Shown: one piece after another, positions 32,346-43,310 of the stretch
Layout of the letters: each line of letters starts with the position of its first letter
Numbering within the stretch: position 1 is the first letter of the stretch
Assembly (NCBI GenBank): GCA_947457395.1
Contig: CANGVA010000002.1
Coordinates: 81,234 to 145,233 of the forward strand
DNA from: Bacteroidota bacterium
Lineage (GTDB): Bacteria > Bacteroidota > Bacteroidia > UKL13-3
Reading direction: 5' to 3'
DNA: 64,000 nucleotides
The notes under the pieces: generated by a model
Database searches by the model: none
What the model saw: only the letters and a program-made list of their open reading frames with translations
What the model was told of the DNA's origin: nothing
Made by a program: the position numbers and the translations under genes

Positions 32346-35225
32346 CTAGGCTAAGCCAAATTCTTTCTTTAAGAACTTGCCCGTATGGCTCCGTTTCTCC
32401 TTACATAATTGTTCAGGTGTTCCCTCAAATAATATTTCGCCTCCATATTTTCCTCCTTCAGGCCCCAAATCAATTACATGGTCTGCTACTTTTATCACAT
32501 CCATATTATGCTCTATAACCAAAACCGTATTGCCCTTTTCAACCAGTTTCTGCAACACTTCGAGCAATACACGTACATCTTCAAAATGCAATCCGGTGGT
32601 TGGCTCATCTAAGATATAAAAAGTGTTTCCAGTATCGCGCTTGCTTAATTCGGTTGCCAGTTTTACCCGCTGTGCTTCACCCCCACTTAAGGTAGTGCTT
32701 TGCTGCCCTAAAGTAATATAGCCCAAACCTACTTGATACAGAGTTTCTATTTTCCTTAAAATATGTGGTGTGTTTTCAAAAAAGGCTACGGCCTCCTCAA
32801 TGGGCATATCCAGCACATCATTAATACTTTTGCCTTTGTAGCGCACCTCCAGGGTTTCTCGGTTATATCTTTTGCCATTGCAGGTTTCGCATGTTACATA
32901 AACATCAGGCAAAAAGTTCATTTCTATGGTTCGCATGCCGGCACCCTGGCAGGTTTCACAACGACCACCTTTTACATTAAAAGAAAATCTACCGGGTTTG
33001 TACCCGCGAATTTTAGCTTCGGGCAAATTGGCAAACAAATTTCTGATATCACTGAAAACTTCAACGTAGGTAGCAGGATTGCTTCTTGGTGTGCGCCCAA
33101 TTGGGCTCTGATCAATTTCAATCACCTTATCGATATGTTCCAACCCTTTCACTTCTTTATATGAAAGCGGTTTCTGATGCGATCCGTAAAAATGTTGCCT
33201 CAAAATAGGATATAGCGTTTCGTTAATAAGGGTTGACTTACCGCTACCGCTAACACCGCTAACACAAATAAATTTACCCAGCGGAAAGTCAACCGAAATA
33301 TTTTTTAAATTATTGCCATTTGCACCTTTGATGTTTAACTTTTTTCCGTTCCCTTTTCTACGCTGCTTTGGTACCTCTATTTCTTTTTTGCCACTGAGGT
33401 ATTGTGCCGTAAGAGAATCGGCCTGCATGATATCAGCCAGCGTTCCTTGCGCAGCTACATGGCCGCCATGCATGCCAGCTCCGTATCCGAGGTCAAGAAT
33501 AAAATCACTCTCGGCCATCATATCCTTATCGTGCTCCACCACTATTACACTGTTACCTACATCCCTTAATTCTTTGAGCGAATCAATTAATCGGTTGTTA
33601 TCGCGCTGGTGTAGCCCAATACTAGGCTCATCTAAAATGTAAAGCACCCCCACCAGCTGCGAACCTATTTGCGTGGCCAGTCTGATTCGCTGGGCCTCAC
33701 CACCGCTAAGCGATCTTGCTGGCGAATGAAGGGTAAGATAATCAATACCCACTCCCAACAGGAACTTAATTCGGCTTCTTATTTCCTTTAAAATTTCTGT
33801 TGCAATTTTTTGTTGCTTTTCATCCAGATATTTTTCTGCATCATTAAACCATTCTGCAAGTGCGGTTATTTCCAAGGCAGCCAGTTCTGCTATATTCTTA
33901 TTGCCAATTTTATAATGCAATGCTTCTTGTTTTAGGCGAGCACCATTGCAACTCGGGCATTTATCAATGGTCATAAATTCCTCGGCCCACCTTACTACAC
34001 TGTCTGAGCTTCTTGCATGATAATGACGAGTAATAAAAGGAATCAGCCCTTCCCAGTTTGAGTTGAAATTTTGCGTGTAACCACTATTATAAGTATATGG
34101 TACAATGATAGGCTCATCGGTTCCATGTAAAATAACATCCAGCGCCTCCCTTTTGATTTTTTCAATTGGGTCGGCAAAACTGAATTTATATTTTTTTGCC
34201 AGCTCACGCAGTTGCAAAAAAGTCCAGTTATCTCTTGGTTCGCCCAAAGGCACTATGGCTCCTTTGTTTATGCTCAATGTTTTATCAGGAATGATGTTGT
34301 TTTCATCCAGCGCACTTACCACTCCAAGTCCATCACATTTGGTGCAAGCGCCATAAGGAGAATTAAAAGAGAAGGTATTGGGCTGCGGCTCATCATAACT
34401 AACACCGCTTTTCGGGTCCATTAAAAATTTACTGAAATGATACGCCTTGCCGGATTGTCCATCGCCTTCAATGAGCACAAGGGTTCCCTTACCCATCTTG
34501 AGTGCACTGCGTACGCTTTCACCAATTCTGAAACGGGCATCTTTTCTCGGCTCAATACGATCAATGAGTACTTCTATATCATGTATCTTATATCGATCGG
34601 CCTGCATTTTCGGAACAAGGTCTTTCAATTCCCCATCCACTCGCACCTTGGTAAAACCCTGTTTACGTATTTGTTCAAACAACTCTCGGTAATGACCTTT
34701 TCTTCCCTTAATAAGTGGGGCTAGGATGGAAATCTTTTTGTTTTCAAACTGCTGTATAATGGCTCCAACAATTTGCTCCTCCGTCATTTTTATCATCTTC
34801 TCGCCACTAACATAACTGTAAGCATCAGCAACGCGGGCAAACAGCAGACGCATAAAATCATAAATTTCTGTAATGGTGCCAACGGTAGAACGCGGGTTTT
34901 TATTGACCGTTTTTTGCTCAATGGAAATAACCGGAGAAAGGCCATTAATTTTATCTACATCGGGCCGCTCCATATTGCCAATAAACTGCCGGGCATAGGC
35001 GCTAAAACTCTCCATATACCTGCGCTGACCTTCAGCAAAAATTGTATCAAAGGCTAAAGAAGATTTGCCACTGCCGCTTAGGCCGGTAATGGTAACCAGC
35101 TTATTGCGCGGAATACGCACATCAATATTTTTCAGGTTATGCTCACGCGCACCCAAAACATCTATATACGAATCTTCTTCAGTCTGTTGTACCGCGGAAT
35201 TTTCTACCTGCTTTGTCTTCACCAT
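32346..35225 (-). CDS. uvrA: Excinuclease ABC subunit A
   Basis: GAREHNLKN, two Walker A motifs (GLSGSGKSS, GVSGSGKST), LSGGEAQR twice, zinc fingers. Confidence 0.98.
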   Translation of the reverse strand: MVKTKQVENSAVQQTEEDSYIDVLGAREHNLKNIDVRIPRNKLVTITGLSGSGKSSLAFDTIFAEGQRRYMESFSAYARQFIGNMERPDVDKINGLSPVISIEQKTVNKNPRSTVGTITEIYDFMRLLFARVADAYSYVSGEKMIKMTEEQIVGAIIQQFENKKISILAPLIKGRKGHYRELFEQIRKQGFTKVRVDGELKDLVPKMQADRYKIHDIEVLIDRIEPRKDARFRIGESVRSALKMGKGTLVLIEGDGQSGKAYHFSKFLMDPKSGVSYDEPQPNTFSFNSPYGACTKCDGLGVVSALDENNIIPDKTLSINKGAIVPLGEPRDNWTFLQLRELAKKYKFSFADPIEKIKREALDVILHGTDEPIIVPYTYNSGYTQNFNSNWEGLIPFITRHYHARSSDSVVRWAEEFMTIDKCPSCNGARLKQEALHYKIGNKNIAELAALEITALAEWFNDAEKYLDEKQQKIATEILKEIRSRIKFLLGVGIDYLTLHSPARSLSGGEAQRIRLATQIGSQLVGVLYILDEPSIGLHQRDNNRLIDSLKELRDVGNSVIVVEHDKDMMAESDFILDLGYGAGMHGGHVAAQGTLADIMQADSLTAQYLSGKKEIEVPKQRRKGNGKKLNIKGANGNNLKNISVDFPLGKFICVSGVSGSGKSTLINETLYPILRQHFYGSHQKPLSYKEVKGLEHIDKVIEIDQSPIGRTPRSNPATYVEVFSDIRNLFANLPEAKIRGYKPGRFSFNVKGGRCETCQGAGMRTIEMNFLPDVYVTCETCNGKRYNRETLEVRYKGKSINDVLDMPIEEAVAFFENTPHILRKIETLYQVGLGYITLGQQSTTLSGGEAQRVKLATELSKRDTGNTFYILDEPTTGLHFEDVRVLLEVLQKLVEKGNTVLVIEHNMDVIKVADHVIDLGPEGGKYGGEILFEGTPEQLCKEKRSHTGKFLKKEFGLA

Positions 35226-35354
35226 TTTTTTCAGCGTTGAAACAATGATACACTATTACTTAACCAACTCAAAGTAGCCATGATTGTTTAATATAAAATA
35301 TTTGTGGCTGATTATGAGTAAAAGAATTTAACATCCGGTGAAAAGATTAACCTT

Positions 35355-35921
35355 CTAACCTAGCCTTCGCTGCATGGTATGCTGCACTTGCGCATATAAC
35401 TGCAGTGGGCTTAATTTTCTCCATATCATCTGATCTAGTTCGCCACCAAATATTATAAAGTAATCAATATTGGCCTGGGTAAATTCCGACCGCACATGCT
35501 CTTGAAAATTCAATGCAACAATCCATCCTTCTTCAATATCCTGAAACCACTCTTCATAATAGCTGTCATCGCTTGCATGAAAATTCAATACATTTTCACC
35601 AATTAAAATAAACTTATCAATTCCATTTTCCATCAGCACCTCCAGCACATCACGTTTTAAATACATGATATCATTGGTAATTGCATCATTCCACTCGCCA
35701 ATCATTTCAATAATGGCAAAGCCTTGCTGATAATCGGCATAAATGATTTTTATATATAACGTATGTGATCCAAAAAAATCCCATTGCGGATGCAAGAGGT
35801 AATTGTATACCTGATTGGTATATTCAAACTCACTGTATTCCTTTTGATAAAAGGGTGAGAACCGGTCGTCTTCAGAGCGGTAAAAATCTCTCCACCTGAA
35901 ATGTGGCTCTATATCCTGCAT
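35355..35921 (-). CDS. Hypothetical cytoplasmic protein
   Basis: 188-aa acidic, aromatic-rich ORF. TAACTTTG element on the minus strand at 35926-35933. Confidence 0.75.
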   Translation of the reverse strand: MQDIEPHFRWRDFYRSEDDRFSPFYQKEYSEFEYTNQVYNYLLHPQWDFFGSHTLYIKIIYADYQQGFAIIEMIGEWNDAITNDIMYLKRDVLEVLMENGIDKFILIGENVLNFHASDDSYYEEWFQDIEEGWIVALNFQEHVRSEFTQANIDYFIIFGGELDQMIWRKLSPLQLYAQVQHTMQRRLG

Positions 35922-36004
35922 GTTTCAAAGTTAGTGCTGGGCAGCGGCTTTTCATTGCGTTTATACATTAATTTTCAAACACTTTGATACTTCAGTGAAA
36001 AATG

Positions 36005-36012
36005 TATTTTTG
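36005..36012 (+). promoter_or_regulatory. Bacteroidota sigma-A -7 element for metK
   Basis: TATTTTTG matches TAnnTTTG, 43 nt before the ATG. Confidence 0.65.
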
Positions 36013-36055
36013 CCGTGCTTTATTTCAATTAAACACTAAAATCTCATAACATAAC

Positions 36056-37309
36056 ATGTCGTATTTATTTACATCAGAGTCGGTAAGTGAAGGTCACCCC
36101 GACAAAGTTGCCGATCAGATTTCGGATGCACTTATTGATCACTTTCTTGCCTTCGACCCTGACTCGAAAGTTGCCTGTGAAACGTTGGTAACAACCGGCC
36201 AAGTGGTGCTAGCAGGCGAGGTAAAATCCAAGGCATACCTTGATGTGCAAAGCATTGCGCGCGAAGTAATAAAGAAAATAGGCTATACCAAAAGTGAGTA
36301 TATGTTTGAGGCAAACTCTTGTGGCGTTCTTTCTGCCATACACGAGCAAAGTGCAGATATCAATCAAGGAGTTGACCGCAAGAAAAAACAAGACCAAGGT
36401 GCAGGTGACCAGGGTATGATGTTTGGCTATGCTACTGCAGAAACTGATGATTACATGCCTTTGGCTTTAGACCTTGCTCATAAATTACTAATTGAACTTG
36501 CTGCCCTGCGCAGAGAAAATAAACAAATTAAATATCTGCGCCCTGACGCAAAATCTCAGGTTACATTGGAATACAATGATAAGAATGAACCTGTTCGTAT
36601 AGATTCAATTGTGGTATCAACCCAACACGATGATTTTGATACCGAGGCTAAAATGTTAGCCAAAATCAAGTCGGATATTGTTAATATTTTAATTCCGCGT
36701 GTTAAGTCTAAATATAAAAAATTTGCAAAGCTTTTTAACAACAATATTAAATACCATATTAACCCAACAGGCAAGTTTGTAATTGGCGGACCGCACGGAG
36801 ATACCGGTTTAACCGGCCGTAAAATTATTGTTGATACTTATGGCGGTAAAGGCGCACATGGTGGTGGTGCTTTCTCAGGAAAAGACCCTTCCAAAGTTGA
36901 CCGCAGTGCTGCTTATGCCACACGTCATATTGCTAAAAATCTGGTAGCTGCCGGTGTTTGCTCTGAAGTACTGGTGCAGGTATCATACGCTATTGGTGTT
37001 AAAGATCCAATGGGGATTTATATCAATACCTACGGAACATCCAAAGTAAAAATGAGTGATGGCGAGATTGCAAAAGTGGTAGAGAAGATATTTGACATGA
37101 CGCCATATGGTATTGAAACTCGCTTAAAATTACGTAACCCTATTTACAGTGAAACTGCTGCATACGGACACATGGGTCGTAAGAACGAGGTAGTAATTAA
37201 AACTTTTAACAGCCCCGATGGAAAAAGTATCAGCAAAAAAGTGGAATTATTTACTTGGGAAAAACTGGATTACGTAGAAAAAGTAAAGAAAGCATTTAAG
37301 CTAAAATAA
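36056..37309 (+). CDS. metK: S-adenosylmethionine synthetase
   Basis: [28 protein letters not shown]. Confidence 0.98.
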   Translation: MSYLFTSESVSEGHPDKVADQISDALIDHFLAFDPDSKVACETLVTTGQVVLAGEVKSKAYLDVQSIAREVIKKIGYTKSEYMFEANSCGVLSAIHEQSADINQGVDRKKKQDQGAGDQGMMFGYATAETDDYMPLALDLAHKLLIELAALRRENKQIKYLRPDAKSQVTLEYNDKNEPVRIDSIVVSTQHDDFDTEAKMLAKIKSDIVNILIPRVKSKYKKFAKLFNNNIKYHINPTGKFVIGGPHGDTGLTGRKIIVDTYGGKGAHGGGAFSGKDPSKVDRSAAYATRHIAKNLVAAGVCSEVLVQVSYAIGVKDPMGIYINTYGTSKVKMSDGEIAKVVEKIFDMTPYGIETRLKLRNPIYSETAAYGHMGRKNEVVIKTFNSPDGKSISKKVELFTWEKLDYVEKVKKAFKLK

Positions 37310-37324
37310 TTTTTGCCAAGCTCC

Positions 37325-37361
37325 AAAAAAGGCTGACTTCGCTTTGAAGGCAGCCTTTTTT
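37325..37361. terminator. Bidirectional intrinsic terminator
   Basis: AAAAAAGGCTG.CTTC-loop-GAAG.CAGCCTTTTTT between convergent genes. Confidence 0.8.
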
Positions 37362-38132
37362 TTATTGGTATTTTGAAATAGTTGTACAAAAATCTGCTAT
37401 GTATTGGCTGCATTGCTCTGCCTCTTCTATCATTCCCATATGTGCACTACTTTTCAGCAAGTAAAACGCGCTGCGCTTACAAAGAGTAGCTTGTTCGGCC
37501 AACTGACTTGCCTGTATCAACTCATCAGAACTGCCGGCAATAAAGCAAACAGGCAACTGTGTTTCTTTGAGCCAAGCTATTGAATCGGGTCTGCTACACA
37601 TCGCTTCTAGAGCGCTGATTAATGCATCAGGTGGTATCTTTTTTGCCTCATTTATTAACTCTTCAACCCTATTATGATTAACATACTGCAGATGAAAAAG
37701 TGGCGGAATAAATGATTTTACATAGGCTTCGGTACCATTGCCCTTTATAAATGCCATAGCTTGTTTACGTTTTTGTATCCGCTCCTCTGTATCGGCCGAG
37801 GCTGTGGAGTGAATAAGCCCCACACCCGATAAAGTATCCGCATACTTTTTGGCAAGAGCCAGTGCAACATAACCACCCATGGAATGTCCAAATAAAACAG
37901 GTTTGATTAGTTTTATAGAAACCATCGCCTCATAAACATAATCTGCCATATCCTCCATGCTCTTTGCTTTAACTGCACCTGCATTACCAAAGCCAGGCAA
38001 ATCAATACATACCACCCTGTAATGCTCCTTTAAAAACAGCACCTGCTCATTAAAGCAGGTGCTGTTTTCACAAAATCCGTGAAGTAATACAATAGTTTGA
38101 GGGCCTGTACCTATAATACGATAGGCCGGCAT
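37362..38132 (-). CDS. Alpha/beta fold hydrolase
   Basis: LLHGF, DLPGFG, GHSMGG, C-terminal catalytic His (AHMG). Confidence 0.9.
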   Translation of the reverse strand: MPAYRIIGTGPQTIVLLHGFCENSTCFNEQVLFLKEHYRVVCIDLPGFGNAGAVKAKSMEDMADYVYEAMVSIKLIKPVLFGHSMGGYVALALAKKYADTLSGVGLIHSTASADTEERIQKRKQAMAFIKGNGTEAYVKSFIPPLFHLQYVNHNRVEELINEAKKIPPDALISALEAMCSRPDSIAWLKETQLPVCFIAGSSDELIQASQLAEQATLCKRSAFYLLKSSAHMGMIEEAEQCSQYIADFCTTISKYQ

Positions 38133-38133
38133 A

Positions 38134-40251
38134 TTAATAGAACATAAAACGATTATCCTTAACCTTCATCAGGTCTTTTAGTGTTTCAAAAGATGCATAC
38201 TCAACTCTAGAAGACATGGCTTGTTGAACTTCTGCTTTGTATTGGCTATAATCCGTTGTTGCAGGAGCATCATTAAATTTAGAAACCTTGTATACATAAA
38301 CTGCATTATCTCCTTTAACAGGACCTGCAATTTTTCCGGTGGTTTTTGTGCCCATTAAGGTTCCTACAAAAGAATTATCTGGTCCAATGTATGCGATATT
38401 TGCGTTTTCAAATGTTTGGCCTGTAAGAGGCGTAACTGCCACCTGAAGTTTGGTTGCAATATCATTCATATTGGCTGTACCGGCCATGGCGGTTTTTGCT
38501 TTTTCTATTAATTGCTCTGCTTTCTTTTCTTTTCTGTAATCAGCTAAAACCCGCTCCTTTACATCATCAAAATTAGCATTGTTCTTTTCTTTAATACCGG
38601 TAAGAACTGCAACTACAAATTTATCTCCTATGGCATATACATCCGAGACATTACCTTTTTTAGCACCAAATGCCCACCTGATTACTTCTCTAGCCTCTGG
38701 CAAACCCGCAAGTGTTTTATCATTTTCTTTTACCTCTGCATTACGTTTGGACAATCCTTTTTCAGTAATAAATTTCTCAAACGCTTCGGGGTTTTGTGCA
38801 GCGGCAGCAAATTGGCTTGCGTCATTATAAGCTGCATTTTGTGTGTTTTGGCTAGGTTTTACAGCACGCTCTAATACACCTGCACAAACTGTTTTGTTAG
38901 TTTTATCTTCTGTAATTTTTACGATGTGAATTCCAAATTGTGTTTTAACAATCCCCATATCACCCTTTTTGCCACGCTTCACATAATCATTAAACTCTTT
39001 AACCATTTGACCATCGGCAAACCAACCAAGATCGCCACCGCGAGAAGACGTACCGTCAGTTCCGTATAAAGCGGCTTTTTCACCAAAATCTGCACCTCTT
39101 CTAATTTCGGCCATCACCTCCTGAGCTTTCTTCAAGGTTTTTAACGTATCATCTTTGGTAGGACCCTCCGTTTTAAACAAAATATGGCTTGCACGCATTT
39201 GGTATGAACTGTCTCGCTTTACGCCAACAACCTTATATACTTTGTATTTTCCATCTTTAAATACCGGACCAATAACACTTCCAACTGAATCTCGAAACAA
39301 GCGTCCCTGAACTTCTTCCGGGTAAAATGAGAAAGGATGCGCCAATGTATCAAAAGGTGTTTCGCTATTGGCATCAACAAATAATGTATCGTTGGTTGTA
39401 TTGGCAAACTCAACGGTTTTCTCATCTACCCACTTTTTAATATCAGCGCTATCCTGAGCCGTAGGAACAACGTCAAACAATACAAAGTCTAACTTGCGCA
39501 TATTTTCCTTTTCCTTGTATTTATCGTAGTTTTTCTTGAAATATGCTTTCAACTCCCCATCATCTGCAGTAACAGAGGTATCAGGAATGGAGAAAAAGTT
39601 TAGTGCTACAATTTCAGCATCGGCAGATTTCATTCTGTTTTGGTAAGCAACTTTTGCCTCCAGAGATGTGGCATAAATACCTTTTCTATATAGCGCTGCA
39701 TATTTTTTTGCTTCTGCCTCTTTCACAAGTCCGTCTTCGAATGCCACCCACTGTGCTTTCGCAGCTTCATCAGTTGTTTCGGTAATATTTTTTAGAAAAC
39801 GTATAACAAGCGAGCGATCAAACTGACCTGTTTGCGGGTTTTGAAAAATAGGTGCAGATTTTATTTGCTCATGGGGATTTTCACCCTGAATCATTTCAAA
39901 TAACTCATCGTTTGTTACCTTAATACCTAGTTGCTCAAACTCCTTGGCATAAATATTCTCCTGAACCACTTGATTCCAGGTTTGCTCACGCAACATATCC
40001 ATGGTAGCCTGATCTAATGCATCTTGCTGCACACGTTGTTTATAAAAACCTGCGTTTTGCTCAACCTTGACTTCAAATTGCTTGTAGGAAATCGGGTCTC
40101 CGTCAACCTCACCTACATCTGTATTGTTATTGCCACCAAACAAGCTTGAGTTGCTTTGCAACGCATCTGAAATTACAAATAGTGCCAATGCACCTCCTAC
40201 TACCGCAATAGCAAGTCCTGATTTTGTTCTGATTCTCTCTAATATTGACAT
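38134..40251 (-). CDS. Membrane-anchored periplasmic chaperone/parvulin PPIase (PpiD/SurA-N family)
   Basis: MSILERIR plus TM anchor, RASHIL, GGDLGWF, VKTQFGIHI. Start moved to the ATG at 40251. Confidence 0.9.
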   Translation of the reverse strand: MSILERIRTKSGLAIAVVGGALALFVISDALQSNSSLFGGNNNTDVGEVDGDPISYKQFEVKVEQNAGFYKQRVQQDALDQATMDMLREQTWNQVVQENIYAKEFEQLGIKVTNDELFEMIQGENPHEQIKSAPIFQNPQTGQFDRSLVIRFLKNITETTDEAAKAQWVAFEDGLVKEAEAKKYAALYRKGIYATSLEAKVAYQNRMKSADAEIVALNFFSIPDTSVTADDGELKAYFKKNYDKYKEKENMRKLDFVLFDVVPTAQDSADIKKWVDEKTVEFANTTNDTLFVDANSETPFDTLAHPFSFYPEEVQGRLFRDSVGSVIGPVFKDGKYKVYKVVGVKRDSSYQMRASHILFKTEGPTKDDTLKTLKKAQEVMAEIRRGADFGEKAALYGTDGTSSRGGDLGWFADGQMVKEFNDYVKRGKKGDMGIVKTQFGIHIVKITEDKTNKTVCAGVLERAVKPSQNTQNAAYNDASQFAAAAQNPEAFEKFITEKGLSKRNAEVKENDKTLAGLPEAREVIRWAFGAKKGNVSDVYAIGDKFVVAVLTGIKEKNNANFDDVKERVLADYRKEKKAEQLIEKAKTAMAGTANMNDIATKLQVAVTPLTGQTFENANIAYIGPDNSFVGTLMGTKTTGKIAGPVKGDNAVYVYKVSKFNDAPATTDYSQYKAEVQQAMSSRVEYASFETLKDLMKVKDNRFMFY

Positions 40252-40411
40252 GAGTATAGTTTTTGAAAAGTCGACAAAAATACGCGCATAAGCCATATAA
40301 GTCAAATTCCACCCCAAAAGCAATACTCTTTATTTCAGGCACTTAACATTTTTCTTTTGCCAAAGCCTTGAAAACACACCTTGCCAAACCGCATATCCGT
40401 AATTTTGATGC

Positions 40412-41122
40412 ATGATTAAAACAGGTACACTTTTTTTAATTCCCAATGTGTTGGATGACATGGCCGACAGCGGTTTTATACCTGAAACAACTAAGCAGCA
40501 GGTGCATCATCTTGTTCATTTTATAATGGAAAGTGAAAAAGCTGGCAGAGCACTGGTTAAAAAACTGAACTTGCACACTCCTCAATCTGATATTCAGATA
40601 CAACTATGCAATGAACATACCTTACAACAAAATTTACCCAACCTTATTGCTCCCCTGCTACAAGGTTTTGATGTTGGCCTTATGTCAGATGCTGGTACAC
40701 CTTGTATAGCCGACCCGGGTTACGAAGTGGTGATGGCTTGCCACCAAAAGGGAATAAAAGTGGTGCCACTTGCGGGCTCATCAAGTATTATCATGGCATT
40801 GATGGCAGGAGGCCTGGGTGGTCAGCAATTTGTTTTTCATGGCTACTTGCCCATTGATAAACCTGCGCGTGTGAAAATGATAAAAGAGATGGAAGAACAT
40901 GCGCTTAAAAAAGGCTATACCCAAATTTTTATGGAAGCTCCATACCGAAACAACTCTTTGCTTAAAGACCTGATTAGCCTGCTAAAAAATAATACAAGAC
41001 TTGGTATTGCCTGCAATATCAGCTCGGTGGAGGAATTGATAACAACAAAAGCAGCTGCCGAATGGAAAAAAACAACGCTGCCCGATTTACATAAAAAACC
41101 CTGCCTTTTTCTGATTGGATAA
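40412..41122 (+). CDS. Tetrapyrrole-methylase family SAM-dependent methyltransferase (RsmI-like)
   Basis: GTLFLIP, SDAGTPCIADPG, GSSSI, FHGYLP, FMEAPYR. Confidence 0.85.
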   Translation: MIKTGTLFLIPNVLDDMADSGFIPETTKQQVHHLVHFIMESEKAGRALVKKLNLHTPQSDIQIQLCNEHTLQQNLPNLIAPLLQGFDVGLMSDAGTPCIADPGYEVVMACHQKGIKVVPLAGSSSIIMALMAGGLGGQQFVFHGYLPIDKPARVKMIKEMEEHALKKGYTQIFMEAPYRNNSLLKDLISLLKNNTRLGIACNISSVEELITTKAAAEWKKTTLPDLHKKPCLFLIG

Positions 41123-41152
41123 AAACCTTTGACGCTAACTTCAGGTAAAAAA

Positions 41153-41200
41153 TTGGCAATCTAAAAACTTTGCATATATTTGCCTACCAAACGTTAGGTA
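41153..41200 (+). promoter_or_regulatory. Promoter and palindromic operator of the TetR-paa operon
   Basis: TTG at 41153 and TATATTTG at 41175-41182, followed by the near-palindrome TACCAAACGTTAGGTA at 41185-41200. Confidence 0.65.
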
Positions 41201-41202
41201 AA

Positions 41203-41814
41203 ATGGCAGAAACGTTGACTATCAACAGAAAAGAGCAGATAATGCAGGTGGCGGCCCGTTTATTTAAAAATAAGGGCTACGAGGCTACCAGCATGCGCGA
41301 TATTGCTGCCGAACTGGGTATTGAAGCAGCCAGCCTCTACCACCACATCAAATCGAAGGAAGAAATTTTAACCGCTATTTGCTTCGATATGGCCAATCGG
41401 TTTGTAACGGCTTTAAAAGAAGTGAACGATATTTACTTTAATGCTGAAGAACGCCTGCGTATGGCCATTCAATATCATGTGCAGATTTCTTGCGATTACC
41501 TGGATGCAACAGCCGTTTTCTTAAACGAGTGGAGAAGCCTGCCCGAACCCAGTTTGAGTGAATTCAAAAAAATGCGCGATAGTTATGAAAAGCAATTCAG
41601 AATTATTGTGAAAGACGGTGAAACCGAAGATATTTTTGATAATGTGGATGAGAAATTTGCTGCCCTTACCATTCTTTCATCGGTAAACTGGATTCATCAG
41701 TGGTATAAGGCTGACGGTAACATGAACCCTTCTCAGATATCGAAAAAACTAGCCGACATTATCATTGGCGGCATCCGCAAAAAATTAATCACCGACCCTC
41801 ACTACAAACCTTAA
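41203..41814 (+). CDS. TetR family regulator (PaaR/KstR2-like)
   Basis: AARLF..KGY..TSMRDIA..LG....LYHH..SKEEIL HTH motif and WY C-terminal motif. First gene of the paa cluster; start at ATG 41203. Confidence 0.9.
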   Translation: MAETLTINRKEQIMQVAARLFKNKGYEATSMRDIAAELGIEAASLYHHIKSKEEILTAICFDMANRFVTALKEVNDIYFNAEERLRMAIQYHVQISCDYLDATAVFLNEWRSLPEPSLSEFKKMRDSYEKQFRIIVKDGETEDIFDNVDEKFAALTILSSVNWIHQWYKADGNMNPSQISKKLADIIIGGIRKKLITDPHYKP

Positions 41815-41817
41815 TAT

Positions 41818-41859
41818 CAAACTATCAATAACAAACCCACAATAATCAACTCGTAATAA
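41818..41859 (+). repeat. 14-nt tandem repeat, family A sense array, before paaA
   Basis: CAAACTATCAATAA / CAAACCCACAATAA / TCAACTCGTAATAA. Confidence 0.75.
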
Positions 41860-41867
41860 TAAACACT

Positions 41868-42857
41868 ATGTACGGAAATGCTTACATCGATCCTAATGAA
41901 AAACCAAAGTCAATTATTGACGGTGAGGATCCAATTAAATTAGCCGAATTTGAAGCACGTATTGCACGTGGCGAAAAAATTGAACCCAAAGATTGGATGC
42001 CGCGCGAGTACCGCAAGCAACTCATCCGCATGATTGAGCAGCACGCACACTCCGAAATTATTGGTGCATTGCCTGAAGGAACATGGATTACACGTGCTCC
42101 GGGCTTTAAACGCAAACTGGCTTTAATGGCCAAGGTACAAGATGAAGTGGGCCACGCACAATTGTTGTACAGCGCGGCTGAAACCTTAGGTAAAAGCCGC
42201 GAAGCCATGATTAATGATTTAATCACCGGCAAATCAAAATACTCAAACGTATTTAACTACCCTGCATTTACTTGGGCTGATGCCTGTATTATTGCTTGGT
42301 TAATTGATGCGGGCGCTATCATCAATCAGGTAGCAAATGCAAAAGGCAGTTATGGTCCATATTGCCGCGCACTAGATCGTATTTGTACGGAAGAAAGTTT
42401 CCATTTAAAATACGGACACGATAATGTAGTAACACTTGCTACCGGTACGGCTACGCAACGTAAAATGGTTCAGGAAGCATTAAACCGCTGGTGGCCTCCC
42501 ATTATGCACTTCTTCGGGCCAAGCGATAAAATTTCAAATCACACAGAAATCTTGATGCGCTGGAAAGTAAAAATGGCGACCAATGATGACATGCGTCAGC
42601 AATTCTTAAATATGTACGTGCCTAAAATTTGGGATCTGGGATTAACCGTTCCGGATACATTGTTGAAGAAAAATGACGAAACCAATAAGTGGGAATACAC
42701 CGAACCGGATTGGGATGAATTTAAACGTGTAATCAATGGCGATGGCCCATGCAATGCCGAGCGTTTAGCTGTGCGCAGAAATGCCGAAGAACGTGGCCGT
42801 TGGGTACGTGAAGCGTTGAATACGTCTCAATCTAAGTATATAGTACCTCTCGCATAG
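41868..42857 (+). CDS. paaA: 1,2-phenylacetyl-CoA epoxidase subunit A
   Basis: [41 protein letters not shown] di-iron motifs. Confidence 0.95.
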   Translation: MYGNAYIDPNEKPKSIIDGEDPIKLAEFEARIARGEKIEPKDWMPREYRKQLIRMIEQHAHSEIIGALPEGTWITRAPGFKRKLALMAKVQDEVGHAQLLYSAAETLGKSREAMINDLITGKSKYSNVFNYPAFTWADACIIAWLIDAGAIINQVANAKGSYGPYCRALDRICTEESFHLKYGHDNVVTLATGTATQRKMVQEALNRWWPPIMHFFGPSDKISNHTEILMRWKVKMATNDDMRQQFLNMYVPKIWDLGLTVPDTLLKKNDETNKWEYTEPDWDEFKRVINGDGPCNAERLAVRRNAEERGRWVREALNTSQSKYIVPLA

Positions 42858-42865
42858 TGTATTCA

Positions 42866-42891
42866 TTATTGCGAGTTATTTATTACGAGTT
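42866..42891 (-). repeat. 14-nt-period repeat, family A antisense array, after the paaA stop
   Basis: TTATTGCGAGTT-AT-TTATTACGAGTT. The second unit is the exact reverse complement of 41848-41859. Confidence 0.8.
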
Positions 42892-42908
42892 TTAAAAATT
42901 CAAAAGTT

Positions 42909-43310
42909 GTGGCAACAATCAAACATTTTGAAGATTTAGAGATTTGGCAAAAGGCTATTGATATAGCAGACCAACTTTACGATTTGTGCATGAATGACCA
43001 AGTAAAAAAGGACTTTTCATTACAAGACCAACTCAAGCGGGCGGCTATATCAATTTCAAATAACATAGCTGAAGGGTTTGAATACAATAACAATGCAGAT
43101 TTCATAAAATTTCTAAGGTATGCTAAAGGCTCTTGTGGAGAATGCAGAAGTATGATTGGATTCATGAAGCGCAGAAAATGGATATCTAAGGAAGATCATG
43201 ATGAATTTTATACAGCACTAAAAAACCTTGGTGCACAAATTGGCAGCTTTATGTCATATTTAAGAAAAACAACAACCAAAACCCGCAATAACAAACCCGC
43301 CAACCCGTAA
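42909..43310 (+). CDS. Four-helix-bundle protein (23S rRNA intervening-sequence/Avd-like family)
   Basis: FEDLEIWQKA, DQLKRAAISISNNIAEG, FLRYAKGSCGE family signature. GTG start. Confidence 0.92.
   Translation: MATIKHFEDLEIWQKAIDIADQLYDLCMNDQVKKDFSLQDQLKRAAISISNNIAEGFEYNNNADFIKFLRYAKGSCGECRSMIGFMKRRKWISKEDHDEFYTALKNLGAQIGSFMSYLRKTTTKTRNNKPANP

Noticed and set aside
27095..35277. Numerous 60-150 aa antisense and alternate-frame ORFs over pnp, uvrA and other genes
   Set aside because: They are shadows of well-supported genes on the opposite strand or frame and carry no recognisable motifs.
35922..36055. SAM riboswitch upstream of metK
   Set aside because: The promoter element at 36005-36012 leaves only about 40 nt of A/T-rich leader with no recognisable aptamer.
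42909..43310. Four-helix gene as part of a diversity-generating retroelement or an rRNA intervening sequence
   Set aside because: No reverse transcriptase, template/variable repeat pair or rRNA sequence in the window.
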